This document shows, in pieces, positions 51,436 to 64,000 of a stretch of DNA of 64,000 nt. The position numbers and the translations under genes were made by a program. How positions within the stretch are numbered: position 1 is the first letter of the stretch; each line of letters opens with the position of its first letter. The stretch is taken from NCBI RefSeq assembly GCF_004010195.1, contig NC_057719.1:38763733-38827732 (forward strand), in the 5' to 3' direction. The notes beneath the pieces are model-generated. The model did no database searches and was not told the DNA's origin. It saw only the letters and a program-made list of their open reading frames with translations. The stretch is from Chiloscyllium plagiosum (lineage: Eukaryota).

Positions 51436-53160
51436 AACAGAGAGGGATGTAAGGGTTGGGGAGGGGTGGGTTTTGCATTACTAATTAGGGGGAATATCAC
51501 AGCTGTATTGTGGGAGGAGGGCTCATCCAGCAAGGCCATATGGTAGAATTCAGGAATAGGAAGGGTGCAATCACTTTGATGGGGTTGTACTGCAGGCCTC
51601 CCAATAGCCAGCGGGCGATCGAGGAGCTGATATGTGGACAGTTCATGGAAAATGTGAAAACAACAGAATTGTTATGATGGAAGATTTGACTGGGACTCAC
51701 TTAGTGCGAGGGGCTTGGATGAGAGGGGAATTTGTTAGGTGAGTTCAGGAGAGTTTCTTGAAGCAATATGTAAATAGTCCAAAGAGGCGAAGGTCTTACA
51801 AGACCTGGTACTGGTGATTGAGGTTTCAGTAAGGGGCATTTTGGGAACAGTGACCATAATTCCATAAAAGCTTTAAGTACTTGTGGATAAAGATCAGAGT
51901 AGTCCTCAGGCAAAAGTATTAAACTAGGGGAAGGTTAACTAACATTGGGCAGGAACTGGAAAATGTAGATTGGAGCTGGCTATTTGAGGGTAAATCCATA
52001 TCTGTCATGTGGGAATCTTTTAAAGGCCAGTTAGAGATGTACAGCATGGAAACAGATCCTTTGACCCAATTCTTCCATGCCGACCAGATATCCCAACCCA
52101 ATCTAGTCCCACCTGCCAGCACCTGGCCCATAACCCTCCAAACCCTTCCTATTCATATACCCATCCAGATACCTTTTAAATGTTGCAATTGTACTAGCCT
52201 CCACCACATCCTCTGGCAGCTCATTCCATACACATACCACCTTCTTTGTGAAAAAGTTGCCCCTTAAGTCTCTTTTATATCTTTCCCCGCTCACCCTAAA
52301 CCTATGTCCTCTAGTTCTGGACTCCCCCACCCCAGGGAAGAGACCTTGTCTATTTATTCTATCAATGCCCCTCATGATTTTATAAACCTCTATAAAATCA
52401 CCCTTCAGCCTCCAACAATATTCCAAAAGTGGTCTAATCAATGTCCTGTACAGACACAACATGACCTCCCAACTCTTGTACACAATACTCTAACCAATAA
52501 AAGAAAGTATACCAAACGCCTTCTTCACTATCCCATCTACCTGCAACTTACTTTCAAGGAAATATGAACCTGCACTCCAAGATCTTTTTGTTCAGCAATA
52601 CTCCCTAGGACCTTGCCACTAAGTGTATAAGTCCTGCTAAAATTTATTTTCCTTGATTGGACTTCAGGATCAGCAGTATTCCTATGAAAGTGAAGGATAA
52701 GGATGGCAAACTTCAGGAATCTTGGATGACAAGAGAAATTGTGATCTTAGTTAGAAAGTAAAAGGAAGCATACATAAGGTTTAGGAAACTGAGGACAACA
52801 GAGCTCTCGAGGAATATAAAGAAAACAGGAAAGAACTTAAACAAGGAAGTAGGAGGGCTAAAAGGTTCCAGGTAATGTTTTTAACGAACAGGATTAAGTA
52901 TTTTAGAGATACATAAGGAGCAAGAAAGTAGCTCGGGAAAGGGTAGGTCTACTCAAGGACAAAAGAGAACCGCACAGAGCCAGAGAAAGTGGGTGAGGTC
53001 CTTAACAATTACTTTGCATATTCACAAAGATCTTGGACAAGGTGGATGGTGAGTCTTGAGATGGGTATGTTGATATTTCAGGGCATGTCGATATAAAAAA
53101 AGCTGTTAGGTGTTTTGAAAAATATTAAGGGAAACAAGTTCTCAGGACCTGTATCCCCTG
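51436..53160 (+). mobile_element. Older CR1 endonuclease/tether region with a nested insertion
   Basis: RGGGFALLI, GLYCRPPNS and HFGNSDHNSI motifs. Confidence 0.75.
52033..52652 (-). mobile_element. CR1 3' fragment nested in an older CR1
   Basis: IEVYKIMRGIDR...WNELPEDVV, with an internal deletion relative to other copies. Confidence 0.9.
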
Positions 53161-53169
53161 GTGTCTAAA

Positions 53170-53552
53170 AGAATGAGAGGATATCTCATTGAAAATTATA
53201 AAGTTCTGACAGGGCTGGACTGACCGGATGCAGAGATAATTTTCCTTTGGCTGGGAAGGTCCAGAATACAAGCTTTTAGGATACATGGTAGACCATATTG
53301 AATTGTGAAAGATTTCTTTATTCAGAAGGTGTTGAACCTGTGGAAGTTTTTGCCACAAAAAGCTGTGGAAATGAAGTCACTGACTATATGAGAATGAAAT
53401 AGATTTATGGCGACTAAATGTGTCAAGGTTATGAGGAGAGCATGGCAATATGGTGTTGAGATAGAGGATCAGCCATAATCATGTTTAATGATGGAGCAGG
53501 CTCATGGGCCAAATAGCATATTCATGCTCCTAATTTCAATGTTTCTATGCTC
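53170..53552 (+). mobile_element. CR1 3' end, other subfamily
   Basis: atctcattgaaaattataaagttctgacagggctggac...gaggatcagcca...tttctatg tail. Confidence 0.75.
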
Positions 53553-55539
53553 TATTAAAAAGGTATCCATCTCACCTTCAGTCATTCTCTCAGTGCAATG
53601 GAACCAGCTTAATCTGTTCAATCAGTCAGTTATTTGTATGTAATGTGCAGAACCAAGAAAAAAATAACATGAGCAACGAGTGTTGTTCATAAACTTCAAG
53701 ACATCTGTCTCAACTAGAATCTGGTGGTTGTGGTATAAGTTATGTGAGCTAGCATATAGGGTGACACTCTGAACATATCAGTTTGATAGTGATGTTTGAG
53801 TTAAGAAGCTACATCGTATTCCTTGTTTAGTATTGTTCAAAACAACCTGAGTAATAGGTACATTGCCTTGTATTGTAGAATTTGTTCTACATATATCAAG
53901 TATTGTATCAGATAACCTAGTACGATTATCTTGTTGCATTTAAGGTGTATTTAAAGATATTATAAGCTTAGACTAATGCCAAATTTTGAATATTTGCCAA
54001 GTTTATCTGTCATGACATAGTAATGGACATGCGCAGTGATATATAAACAGCAGCTTGGAAAGATCTTTCAGATCTCACGTGTATGCGATTTCTTGTCCTT
54101 GATTAAAATGTTAATTCAGGTTCAGCCACATGACGACTATTTTTGAAATATATTATCAAAAGCCAATGTTAAAGGGTATTTGAATCAACATAAATAGATA
54201 CATGGTCATGTACTTTGCATGATATTCAAAAGTGTGATTAAAATCATTCAAATCACCACATTTAAATGCTGTTGGAAAATTTACTGCATATATCAATCAT
54301 ATCAAACATACTCTCAAAGCACTATCCAAAATTAAAATTAAAATAATCAGAAAATGTTAACATTTTGCATTATATTTTCTAACACAATTTTCAAGATTCT
54401 CCTACAGACTGCTATTTATACTTTTATTGTTCCACAACTGAGACCTCCAGAGAAAGCTGCTTTGTTCGGTTTCGTGCATTTGCATGCCTTAATCTCTCTG
54501 TGACGTCTGTACATTGTCGCCATGACGATCACTTGCCTCAAGTGAGTCAGAAAGCTGTGCAGGGAAAACTATCAGGTTTTCTGAAGAGCATAAATTCAGC
54601 ATGTGGCAACACCGAAATACCAAAAAGATAGATGATTTTTTTTAAAGAAATGTAAACCTAAATTTAGACTCTCTTTTGTTAGATCCTGAAGCAAGAACAA
54701 TTTTGTCATTGCACAAGCTCAGTGCAGTTGTAGAAGATGTACTGTTACTGACAGATAGGCATTCATTCTTTACATTCTGAATCGGCAAGCATTTCAATTG
54801 AACTTTCAGATGATTGTACATATATTAGTAAACACTTCAGTAAAAAGCTATAGTCACTTTTATCATGATATTCATGCTGGCTTCAAACAGAAATGAAGAA
54901 ATGAACATGGTCACAAGCTCACTGTAGACTGATGTATTTGTACCATTATGACCATGGCAACATCTGTTGTCTTTCACATGTTATTCAACACTATTAGGAC
55001 AATGTTTGAATTTTAATTTTTTTCACTCTGTTATTCTAAATATATGGTTCTAATATTGAAATGTACTACCTTTGAAAATTAATCTTTTTATCATCATAGG
55101 ACTGGAAAAATAACAACATTTTTAGAGACAAATCATTTTGCAAATTTTAACTGAAGCTAAAATAATTCTCCAAAGTTAAAAGTGCAGTTAACTATTCTAT
55201 CAATTCTTTAGGCCAAGTCTTAGAATATTTCAACTAAGTGTTTTTCATTGTGTTTAATGGAGGGCTTTTCCTCTGTAAGAACCAATCAGCTTTCTTGCAC
55301 TATCATCACAAACTCACTTTATTAATGAACTACTCCAATCCCATAATGCTCCTTTCATCCAATGCTAGCTGGATTCCACCACTATCCTTAGTTGGAAAAA
55401 CACATCACTGCAGGGGTATCCCAGAATGGATTAGCATCCCTGGCATCTATGGTTAAAAGCCCATTGTACTCCCGGACAAGCGTGTCAGTCTAGAGCTGGC
55501 CTGCATGGTTTGCGACATTTGCCCTGGCTATGGTACTGA

Positions 55540-56299
55540 AGGGGGAATTAGCACCTGACTCTGTGTGAAAGGAAGTAGTGTAGGATGGGGGTGGTGCAGA
55601 GAACTTTCCCCAGGACTTGCAGAAGAGGCCATGACCCCAGATCCTGCCAGCTTTGACCGAGGCAACTCACCTAGAACACATGTTCTCAGCTGTCTGGAGG
55701 ATTGTACAGCAGTGTAGGAACAGAGTCAATGACCTTCTACATTATCTCATATTTACTCTATCTCCATAGCTCAGAGATGCAGCCTGGTCCAATCAATGAT
55801 TTGGGTGCCTGTTCCTTTATGCAAAGCATCCTTGTAGGAGCATTGTAATGATGGGTGCTGGTGTATCCTGAGGAACAGCAGAAGTGTACTTTGGGTGGAT
55901 TAAAGGTGTGTCAGGATGGCTATTAGAGGTTGACATGTATTGGATGCCAAAATCCATGGATGTAGGGTACATGTGGATGCTGACCATACATTGGTGCCCA
56001 GTGTCCAGGTGGAAAAAGTGGTGAACTGAAGTCACCTATTGAGATTTTCTTGTCAGGAAATATCAGTGTCTATTTTCCTTGCAGCAGCTATTAAGTCAAG
56101 ATGCTGTACATTACTAAGGTGAGATGTGTATTTAATGAGCATGCTAATAAGTAAAAATCTCTGTTAACAGACATCTAACCACTGTTAAATGAGAATCTTG
56201 ACTCAACATCCAGAAAGCTGACACTGAAAAAGGCCTCACTCAACTGTAGTCATCCCAGATTTTTTTCTCCATTACTCATGGTGTTATAAAATTCCACCC
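55540..56299 (+). mobile_element. Harbinger-derived element with a Myb/SANT relic and right TIR
   Basis: FPQDLQKRP*PQILPALTEA and VWRIVQQCRNRVNDLL (about 55600-55740); ends taaaattccaccc at 56287-56299. Confidence 0.6.
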
Positions 56300-56302
56300 A
56301 GA

Positions 56303-58400
56303 GGGCAGAATCATACATCGTTTTGGTGAAGTGTGAGCTCCGCTGAATTTTTGGAGAGATTCCCAGCAAAAGCCTAGTGAGATGTCTCACTGTACCTTAT
56401 CAAAGATGCCTCATATTCTCTATTTACATCTGATTCCAGCCTCATCTTACCGTGGACCATTCTCAGTCAGTGGATATCTACCGAAAGACCAGCATTACTT
56501 GTACCCATGCCATCTATAAAAGGCCACTGTTTGCCAAACAAGCTCTGGCATTCTGAAGCAGCCTTGATTAGTCAAGGATTTTTGCAAAAGATGTCTGAGA
56601 AAGCAAAGATGTCACTGTGATTCTCCAACAGGAAGTTGTATAACCTGGTCAAGGAGGTACTGTAAAGGAGAGGCATCCTTATTCTGGAGAACTAACAGAA
56701 GAGGCCACGCTACCAGACCCTGGCACCCTGGACTAGAGTCACCACCTGAGTCGTTATCTCATTGGTCCCCAGAAACAGCCAGCAGTTCAACAAAAAGTTC
56801 AATTACTTTCTCTGCTCTGCCAGGGGTAGCTGCTACACTCTTCTCTCTGGAGTCCAAAACTGGAAGGCATAGGTTTAGGGTGAGAGGGGAAAGATTTAAA
56901 AGGGATCCAAAGGACAATTTTTTCACGCAAAGGGTAGTGCGTGTATGGAATGAGTTCCCAGATAAAGTGGTGGAGGCTGGTACAATTACAACATTTAGAA
57001 GGCATCTGGATGGGTATATGAATAGGAAGGATTTAGGGGGAATATGGGCCAAAACCTGGCAAAGGGACTCAATTTTTTCAGGATATCTGGTTGGCATGGA
57101 CGGGTTGGACAGAACGGTATGTTTCTGTGCAGTATATCTCTGTGAGTCTATGACCCACAAGTCATTCTATCTCTGCTACTGCACCCGCCTTCCACAAAGG
57201 CTAATGCTCTGCCACTCTCACTAGTGCCTGCAATATCTTCCCTTACTTGCTCTTACCCCTCCCTCTGAACTTTGCATATCACTAACCCTGAATGGTCTCT
57301 GCGCTTCCTCCTCCTTCCCTTGGAACAAATCTCCACCTTTCCTCTACCTGCAGCAACTCTAACAGTTGCATCGCTCAATTTTATCTTACTCAATTCCTCC
57401 CTTTAACTTATGACAGGAGAAAACATCCCATGACAGGGCAGAGAGATCCCATACAGGTGGGAAGGTGCCTGACATTATACCCCTCACCCCCTACAAGGAA
57501 AAGATCCTGGTCCTCACAGGAGAAGACCGGGACCACTCCTGAAGGAATCGCAAAAGATCCCTGTTCCACCTACCAAGTAAGTACCACTCTTCATTCCACT
57601 TCATCACCCACAGTAACCCCATTGTTGGTCTTATTCATTGCACATCACTTCCAATCACTGGCCGCAATATGTTCTCTACCCTGTTTCTTGAAAGTACAAT
57701 CAGCATCTTGACACATGCATAGTGAAACAGCCAGCCCCTCAGTGTATCTCACTGTGACAGCTCTGTAGCCAGCCAAAGAAGAAATACCCCAGGCTACCGA
57801 CTATCGAAGGGCTGTTGGAGACCAGTCACCCGTTCAGCCCCTGGCAGAAGAGGATGCCATGGTGACAGCATACAAGGACCTTTTTCCAAATGCACAGAGA
57901 AGAAGAGGAGCGGCAGTGGTATGTGGAAGGCAATTACTCACAATGGTGCAGGAGTGCAGCAAATCGTGCGTCAGATTGGTGGCTGCCATGGAGAGTCCAC
58001 ATCTTCAGGTACCTCTGGAAAGGCACACAGATCTGCACCCCATCACCCTCCTATTGGTATCTAGGAGTGAAGGCATGGTGATAGGGGTCAGGGAACCTAG
58101 TATGGATTTCAGTAGCCCTTCCTTATAAGGAAATAGGACACTGTCATGAGACATTCCTCTGGAAGAGAAACCAGTCCCTTAGATATCTTCACTAAGGACA
58201 CTCCAACAATGGCTGGGCCATTGACATTTACCCTGCCTGGCTCCCTCTCTTGCTTGGAAGCTTAGGTTGAGAAGGGTCTATTTGGATCTGGCAAGATGAT
58301 CCTGGGCATTTTCAACCCCTCCAGGCACAAACACCAGTGGTGTTGCATGCCCACACCTCCAGGGCCAGTGGGCTCCACTGTCACACAGACTCCTTCCACC
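56303..58400 (+). mobile_element. Harbinger-type element: TIR plus intron-containing Myb/SANT (NAIF1-like) gene relic
   Basis: Starts GGGCAGAATC. 56591-56824 reads MSEKAKMSL*FSNRKLYNLVKEVL*RRGIL...WTRV...RNSQQFNKKFNYFLCSAR. The exon from 57417 reads EKTSHDRAERSHTGGKVPDIIPLTPYKEKILVLTG, with donor gtaagt at 57577. Confidence 0.75.
56845..57152 (+). mobile_element. CR1 3' end inserted in the Harbinger intron
   Basis: FFTQRVVRVWNEFPDKVVEAG. Confidence 0.9.
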
Positions 58401-58442
58401 CAGCAGCAGAATTTAGGAGTATACTAAGTTGTAGATGCATTG

Positions 58443-59386
58443 AGTCATAGAAATGTACAGCATGGAAACAGATCCTTCAGTCCAACTAGTCCATGCAGAC
58501 CAGATATCCCAAACTAATCTAGTCCCATTTACCAGAACCCAGCCCATATCCCTCTAAACCCTTCCTATTCAAATGCCCATTGGGATGCCCTTTAAAGTTT
58601 GCAATTGTCCTAGCCTCCACCACTTCCTCTGGCAGCTCATTCCATAAACACACCACTCTCTGCGTGAAAACGTTGCCCCTTAGGTTCCTTTTATATATTT
58701 CCCCTCTCACCCTAAACCTTTACCCTCTAGTTCTGGACTCCCCCACCCCAAGGAAGAGACCTTGTCTACTTACCGTATCCATGCCCCTCATGATTTTATG
58801 AACCTCTATAAGGTCACTTCTCAGCCTCTGACGCTCCAGGGAAAACAGCCCCAGCCTGTTCAGCTTCTCCCTATAGCTCAAATCCTCCAACCCTGGCAAC
58901 ATCCTTGTAAATCTTTTCTGAACCCTCTCAAGTTTCACAACATCCTTCCTATAAGAAGGAGGCCAGAATTGTACACAATATTCCAACAGTGGCCTAACCA
59001 ATGTCCTTTACAGCCACAACATGACCTCCCAACTCCTGTACTCAATATTCTGACCAATAAAAGAAAGCATACCAAACACCCTCTTCACTATCCTATCTAC
59101 CTGCCACTCCACTTTCAAGGAGCTATGAACCTGCACTTCAAGGTCTCTTTGTTCAGCAACACTCCCTAGGACCTTACCATTAAGTGTATAAGTCGTGCTC
59201 TGATTTGTTTTCGTAAAATGCAACACCTCGCATTTATCTAAATTAAACTCCATCTGCCACTTCTCAGCCCATTGGCCCATCTGATCAAGATCCCCTTGTA
59301 ATCTGAGGTAACCTTTTTCACTGTCCACTACACTTGCAATTTTGGTGTCATCTACAAACTTACTAACTATACCTCCTATGTTCAGA
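58443..59386 (-). mobile_element. CR1/HER1 3' fragment
   Basis: SKFVDDTKI...VRPLLEYCVQFW...WNELP. Confidence 0.93.
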
Positions 59387-60699
59387 TGTAGTAGGAGGGA
59401 TAGGAAGAAGAAAACATCTTGAGGGCACTGAGATGGGATGGGTGACAATGCACTGTACATTATTTGGCACTTTTCTGTAAATGGCACTGTTTTGATCTTA
59501 AATTTGGCAGTTTGTCTCTATGTAGCCCTAAATGTAACTGTGGCAGCATGAGGCATAACTTCATATCTACATGAGATGTACCGTAGCTCAATATCTGCAT
59601 AGACAGCCTCCTGCAGCATCCAAGGAGCAAGAGGAACAAGGTGCACACAAGCCAGTCGGTACTACAACATCCCTATTCTTTTCTGAGCCTCTGTGCTCAA
59701 AAGCGTTGTTGTGAAAGAGGTGCTCAGACTGGGACAGGGCATTGGACAACAAACAGAGTGTCACGTGCACTAGGATGGACAAGGAGTAGGGAGCTAGCAC
59801 GTTTGCATCCAGTGTTTGGGTCTGTATAGAGTGTTGTTTTGGTGGGTCTTGCAACCCCTTCTTCAAAGGTCAAGCCATTTACCACATCCACACCAAGGGT
59901 GAGTGCAGCAGTCATTTCCATCTCATTGCACACTTTAGATTCCCAGCATGATCGAAGGTGACAGTGAGCATACCTCAGTGAGTGATTTGAAGCTTCTACT
60001 TCTACATATTGGTGCGACCCTGACATCCAAATCCCCTTTCTGGAAGCCCTTTCCATAAGCCTCCAAGTACCCAGTGAAATCCATCTCCATTAGTATGGAC
60101 TTGCTCACCCTTTGCTCCCCCCGCCCCCAGAATATGAGGTGAGCATGCCAGGTATGATTACACACTATTCACCCCCTTAAAACCAGGGCATTGCTGATTG
60201 TAGGTGAAACCCCTTTCCGCTTCCTATCCATTCCATCTTTTTGTCCTTTGCAGATACTGTTGCTCCTTCTTCACAATTCTTATCCATCCTTCCTCTTAGC
60301 TTGCAGCTTTGAAGCCTGAAGAAGAGCCTGCAAAGTCTCTTTCCTGTGACAGTGATGGCCGGTACCTGCCTATCTCAATTTCCCTTAGTTTCTGTGGATG
60401 ATTTGACCATGGACTACCCCCTCGAACAATATAGTGGGGAAGTGCCAGTCCCCTGACTGGTAGCTGTTCATCTCACCGACTGCATTCACCTCAGTCACTG
60501 GGATGACGACTTGGGACCCACAGCACTGACGGTGACCCACTTGTCAGACTTCAGCAGCATGGACTTGCTGAGACAGAACATTCTGACCAGATGCCTGACT
60601 GTGGCCAATCCCCTGGACTGATGTCAGAATCTGCCCTCGACATACTGTCCCAGGACTCCCTAGGTTCCTCCATGGATGTCAGCAAGGACAACCCCCCCT

Positions 60700-61175
60700 A
60701 AGATTTGCAAGGATGTTGCCAGGGTTGGAGGATTTGAGCTATAGGGTGAGGCGGAGCAGGATGGGGCTGTTTTCCCTGGAGGGTCGGAGGCTGAGGGGTG
60801 ACCTTATAGAGGTTTACAAAATTATGAGGGGCATGGATAGGATAAATACACAAAGTCTTTTCCCTGGGGTCGAGAAGTCCAGAACTAGAGGGCATAGGTT
60901 TAGGGTGAGAGGGGAAAGATATAAAAGAAATCTAAGGGGCATGCAGAGGGTTGTACGTGTATGGAATGAACTGCCAAAGGATGTGGTGGAGGCTGGTACA
61001 ATTACAATATTTAGGAGGCATTTGGATGGGTATATGAATAGGATGGGTTTGGAGGGGTATGGGCTGGGTGCTGGCAGGTGGCACTAGATTGGGTTGAGAT
61101 ATCTGGTCGGCGTGGACAGGTTGGACCAAAGGGTCTGTTTCCATACTGTACATCTCTATGACTCTATGACTCTAT
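60700..61175 (+). mobile_element. CR1/HER1 3' fragment
   Basis: MLPGLEDLSY...TRGH...; (ctctatga)n tail. Confidence 0.93.
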
Positions 61176-62212
61176 CACTGCTTGCTTGCTGCTCATGCAA
61201 TGTGTTTGCCAAACACACTGGTGGCACATGATGCAGATGTGAGATTGATGGGGTATGGTAGGGCAGAGAGGTTCTCGTGATGAAATTCTGGAGGGGATGG
61301 CTAGTCTTAGCCAACAGTAGGTTTTGTGGAATTAGGAGCAGCATTCCAGTTTTGCCAATGATGACCAGTGTCGACAGCATATCCTAATGTAGCCAGCCCA
61401 TTAAAAAAACAATGAAGACCAATTTGTATTCCAATGTGTCTCATGCATAGTGCACAAGATCACAGATTGCAAATCTCATGACTTTACAAAGTATCTTCTT
61501 TTAAAAATGCTCACATATGTCCTGTGGATGCAGGGAATGTGCTGGCTGGATTAATTAAGATAGCAGACTGAGTTGTTAAATAGCTGTTCCTTACAGCTAA
61601 ACTACAAATGCATGCAGCAGCACTAGATAGAGGGAAGGAGGGACAATGGCAGAACTTCTCCTTTTAAACAATGTCTTCCAGAAGGAACTATAAAGTGGGC
61701 ATATTTCCAGGAACACTGTCAGAATGGTTTTGCAAGAAGTAGCCAAGCAAGATAATTCAATCTTTTATTTACATATGTTGATGGATCAGATACAAAAACT
61801 GCTCACTGGCTTTCAGATGATTTTCAAAAGAATTAATGCTCTGAGTTTTCCTAATTTTCATTACACAGCCTTATGATGAATGCCAATAAAAGTTTATCAT
61901 TTCACAGTGGTCGCATATGCAAGGCACTCAGGCAATTGTTGAGCACTTTGAAAAATGCACACACATGCTGATATCACTGCATGAGACTCCATTGCTGGCA
62001 TAGAAATATGCCTCCAGTGTTGTATACAAATCTTGCTTTTTAGGATTAGCAAATATGCTGCTAACCACACATGCTGGATGTCCATAGACTCACATAAAGT
62101 GACAAAAATTGGCATTAGGGTCCATTTAGTTTTTTGTTCCAAATTTCCATCTTGCGTTTACTTAAAAGGAAAGGAACAAACAGTACATGGTTATCTCATA
62201 TCAATCACTGGA

Positions 62213-63512
62213 GCGACTCAGTTGGTGGACATCTCTTTTTGAGTCAGAAGGTTGGTCTTTCAAATTCCTGTCCAAAAATCTGTGGTCCCGATCCAGGCTA
62301 ACAATCCCACTGTACTGAACAATTGCCACACTCTCAGAGGTGACAACTTATGTTTGTGAGTCCAAGCCTGCGACCAGTGGTGTATCACAAGGATTGGTGC
62401 TGGGACTTTTGCTGTTTGTTATGCATGTGAATGTAGATGGTATAATTAGTTTTGCAGATAACACAAAAATTAGTGCTGTTATTGATAGTGAGGAGTATGG
62501 TTCAGGCTACAATCTGATATTGATCAGCTGTTCAATTAGACAGAGCAATGGCAGATTGAATTTAATCCTGATTAGTGTGAGGTGGTTCATTTTAAGAAGT
62601 CTAATAAGGGAAGGATATACATAATGAATGATAGTACATTAGGGATTACTGAGCAACAAAAGGGATCTTAATGTACAAGTTAGATTCCTGAAGGTGTTGG
62701 CACAGGTAGACAAGGTGATGAAGAAGGCATACAGGATGCTTGCCTTTAGGAGCCAGGCATAGAGTGTAGGAGCTTGTTACTATGTGTAGTTCCAGCCCTC
62801 ACATTGTTAGAAGGAGGTGATCACACTCAAGAGGGTGCACTTGAGATTCACCAGGATGTTACCTGGATTGTAAGACTGGCTAGGCTGGGTTTGTTTTCCT
62901 TGGAACAGGGGAAGCTGAGGGGGCATGTGATTGAGGTATATAAAATTAGGAGAGCCATAGACAGCGTAGATTGTGAGAATCTTTCCCCATGGCAGATGTG
63001 TAAAAGTTTAAGGTGAGGAGTAATGGTTTAAAGGAGATCTGAGGAAAATCATTTTCACCCAGAGGATGGTAAAAATATCAAACATGCTTTCTGAGAGGCT
63101 GGTGAAGACATGTACTCTCGCAACATTTAAGAAGCATGTACATAGGCTATGGGCTAAGTGCATGTAAACGGGATTAGGGTAGTTTGGTGTTTTATGGTTA
63201 GTATAGTGGACCAAAGGGCCTGTTTCCACGCTATGTCATTCTTTAATTCTATGAGTCCATCTTTTGTCTAAAGCAAAAACATTAAGGTTCTGTATTCTTC
63301 TTGGATGGGTATACAAGATTCTCTGACAATATTTTAAAGAAGAGCAGGTGAATTCTTCCTGGTATCCTGGCCATAATGTATTCGTGTACAAACATCACTT
63401 CTGGATGTTGTTACAGATACTGGATGCATATGGGTTCCCTATTTTATAACAATGACCTCACTTCACAAAAGTGCTTCATTACTGTTAAACACTGTGAGAT
63501 AACCTGAGGTTG
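62213..63512 (+). mobile_element. DeuSINE-type SINE split by a CR1 insertion
   Basis: Head ctcagttggtgg...gagtcagaaggttg (62213-62340); the core resumes at about 63255 with aagaagagcagg...tcctggcca. Confidence 0.55.
62345..63254 (+). mobile_element. Old CR1 RT to 3' fragment
   Basis: TSGVSQGLVLGLLLF...FADNTKI...LGLFSLEQ. Confidence 0.88.
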
Positions 63513-64000
63513 TCCTTGAGGTCTTTTCTTTAGATTGCCCTTATAATTAGGGGACTGGAGGCCATAAAGTATACAGTGATTGGAAAGGTCAGGCATCTCC
63601 TGCTAAGGGTTAGTCGCATCCTTCATTTATTATTCTTTCTTTTACATGTGTGTGTGGGAGTCGGGGAGGTGGGGGTGAGCGCTGCAGGGCGGAAGGAGGT
63701 TTTGGCCACGTTTACACTTTCTTGCAAAACTGCAAAAGAAATGTCAGAGGATTAAAGGTCAGGGCTCCTTAAAATGGACACAATGACTTTATATAATATA
63801 AGTGATGATGACAAGTAATGACAGTAGTGGAAATGCAGAAAATTACTGCTATTTATCTTTTGCTCATTCTCCCTTATAACGTTTCCTTCTGTAACTTGGC
63901 TGCTGTGCCCCTATAAAATTATTCATGATGTGTTTTTGATCTGTGTAAGCATTTGTATCTCTCTTTTTTAAAAAATTCCAATATCATGTTCAACAAATGT

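Overview
Eukaryotic, repeat-rich genomic DNA. The V-SINE/HE1-type SINEs, DeuSINE-type SINEs and many CR1/HER1-type LINEs point to a cartilaginous fish, most likely a shark (inference). One host gene is supported: a + strand LBH-family gene, probably the LBHD2/lbh-like paralogue. It has a non-coding exon 1 (about 19620-19729) and coding exons 20447-20533, 22813-23020 and 31307-31395, giving a predicted 127-aa acidic protein. The rest is mostly transposon debris: about 20 CR1 fragments, L2 fragments, SINEs, a Gypsy gag-protease relic, a probable solo LTR, Harbinger transposase and Myb/SANT relics, and Penelope-like elements (PLEs). There are two assembly gaps. The most striking structure is a set of 200-380 bp hairpin-shaped insertions, each flanked by a 9-14 bp target-site duplication (TSD), built from PLE terminal repeats of at least three families. 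Each carries a minimal hammerhead ribozyme core (CTGANGA-stem II-GAAA-palindrome), in two cases on both strands. Two independent insertions share the same internal junction, which suggests a self-propagating non-autonomous ribozyme-hairpin retroelement family. All family assignments come from reading motifs by eye; no searches were run.
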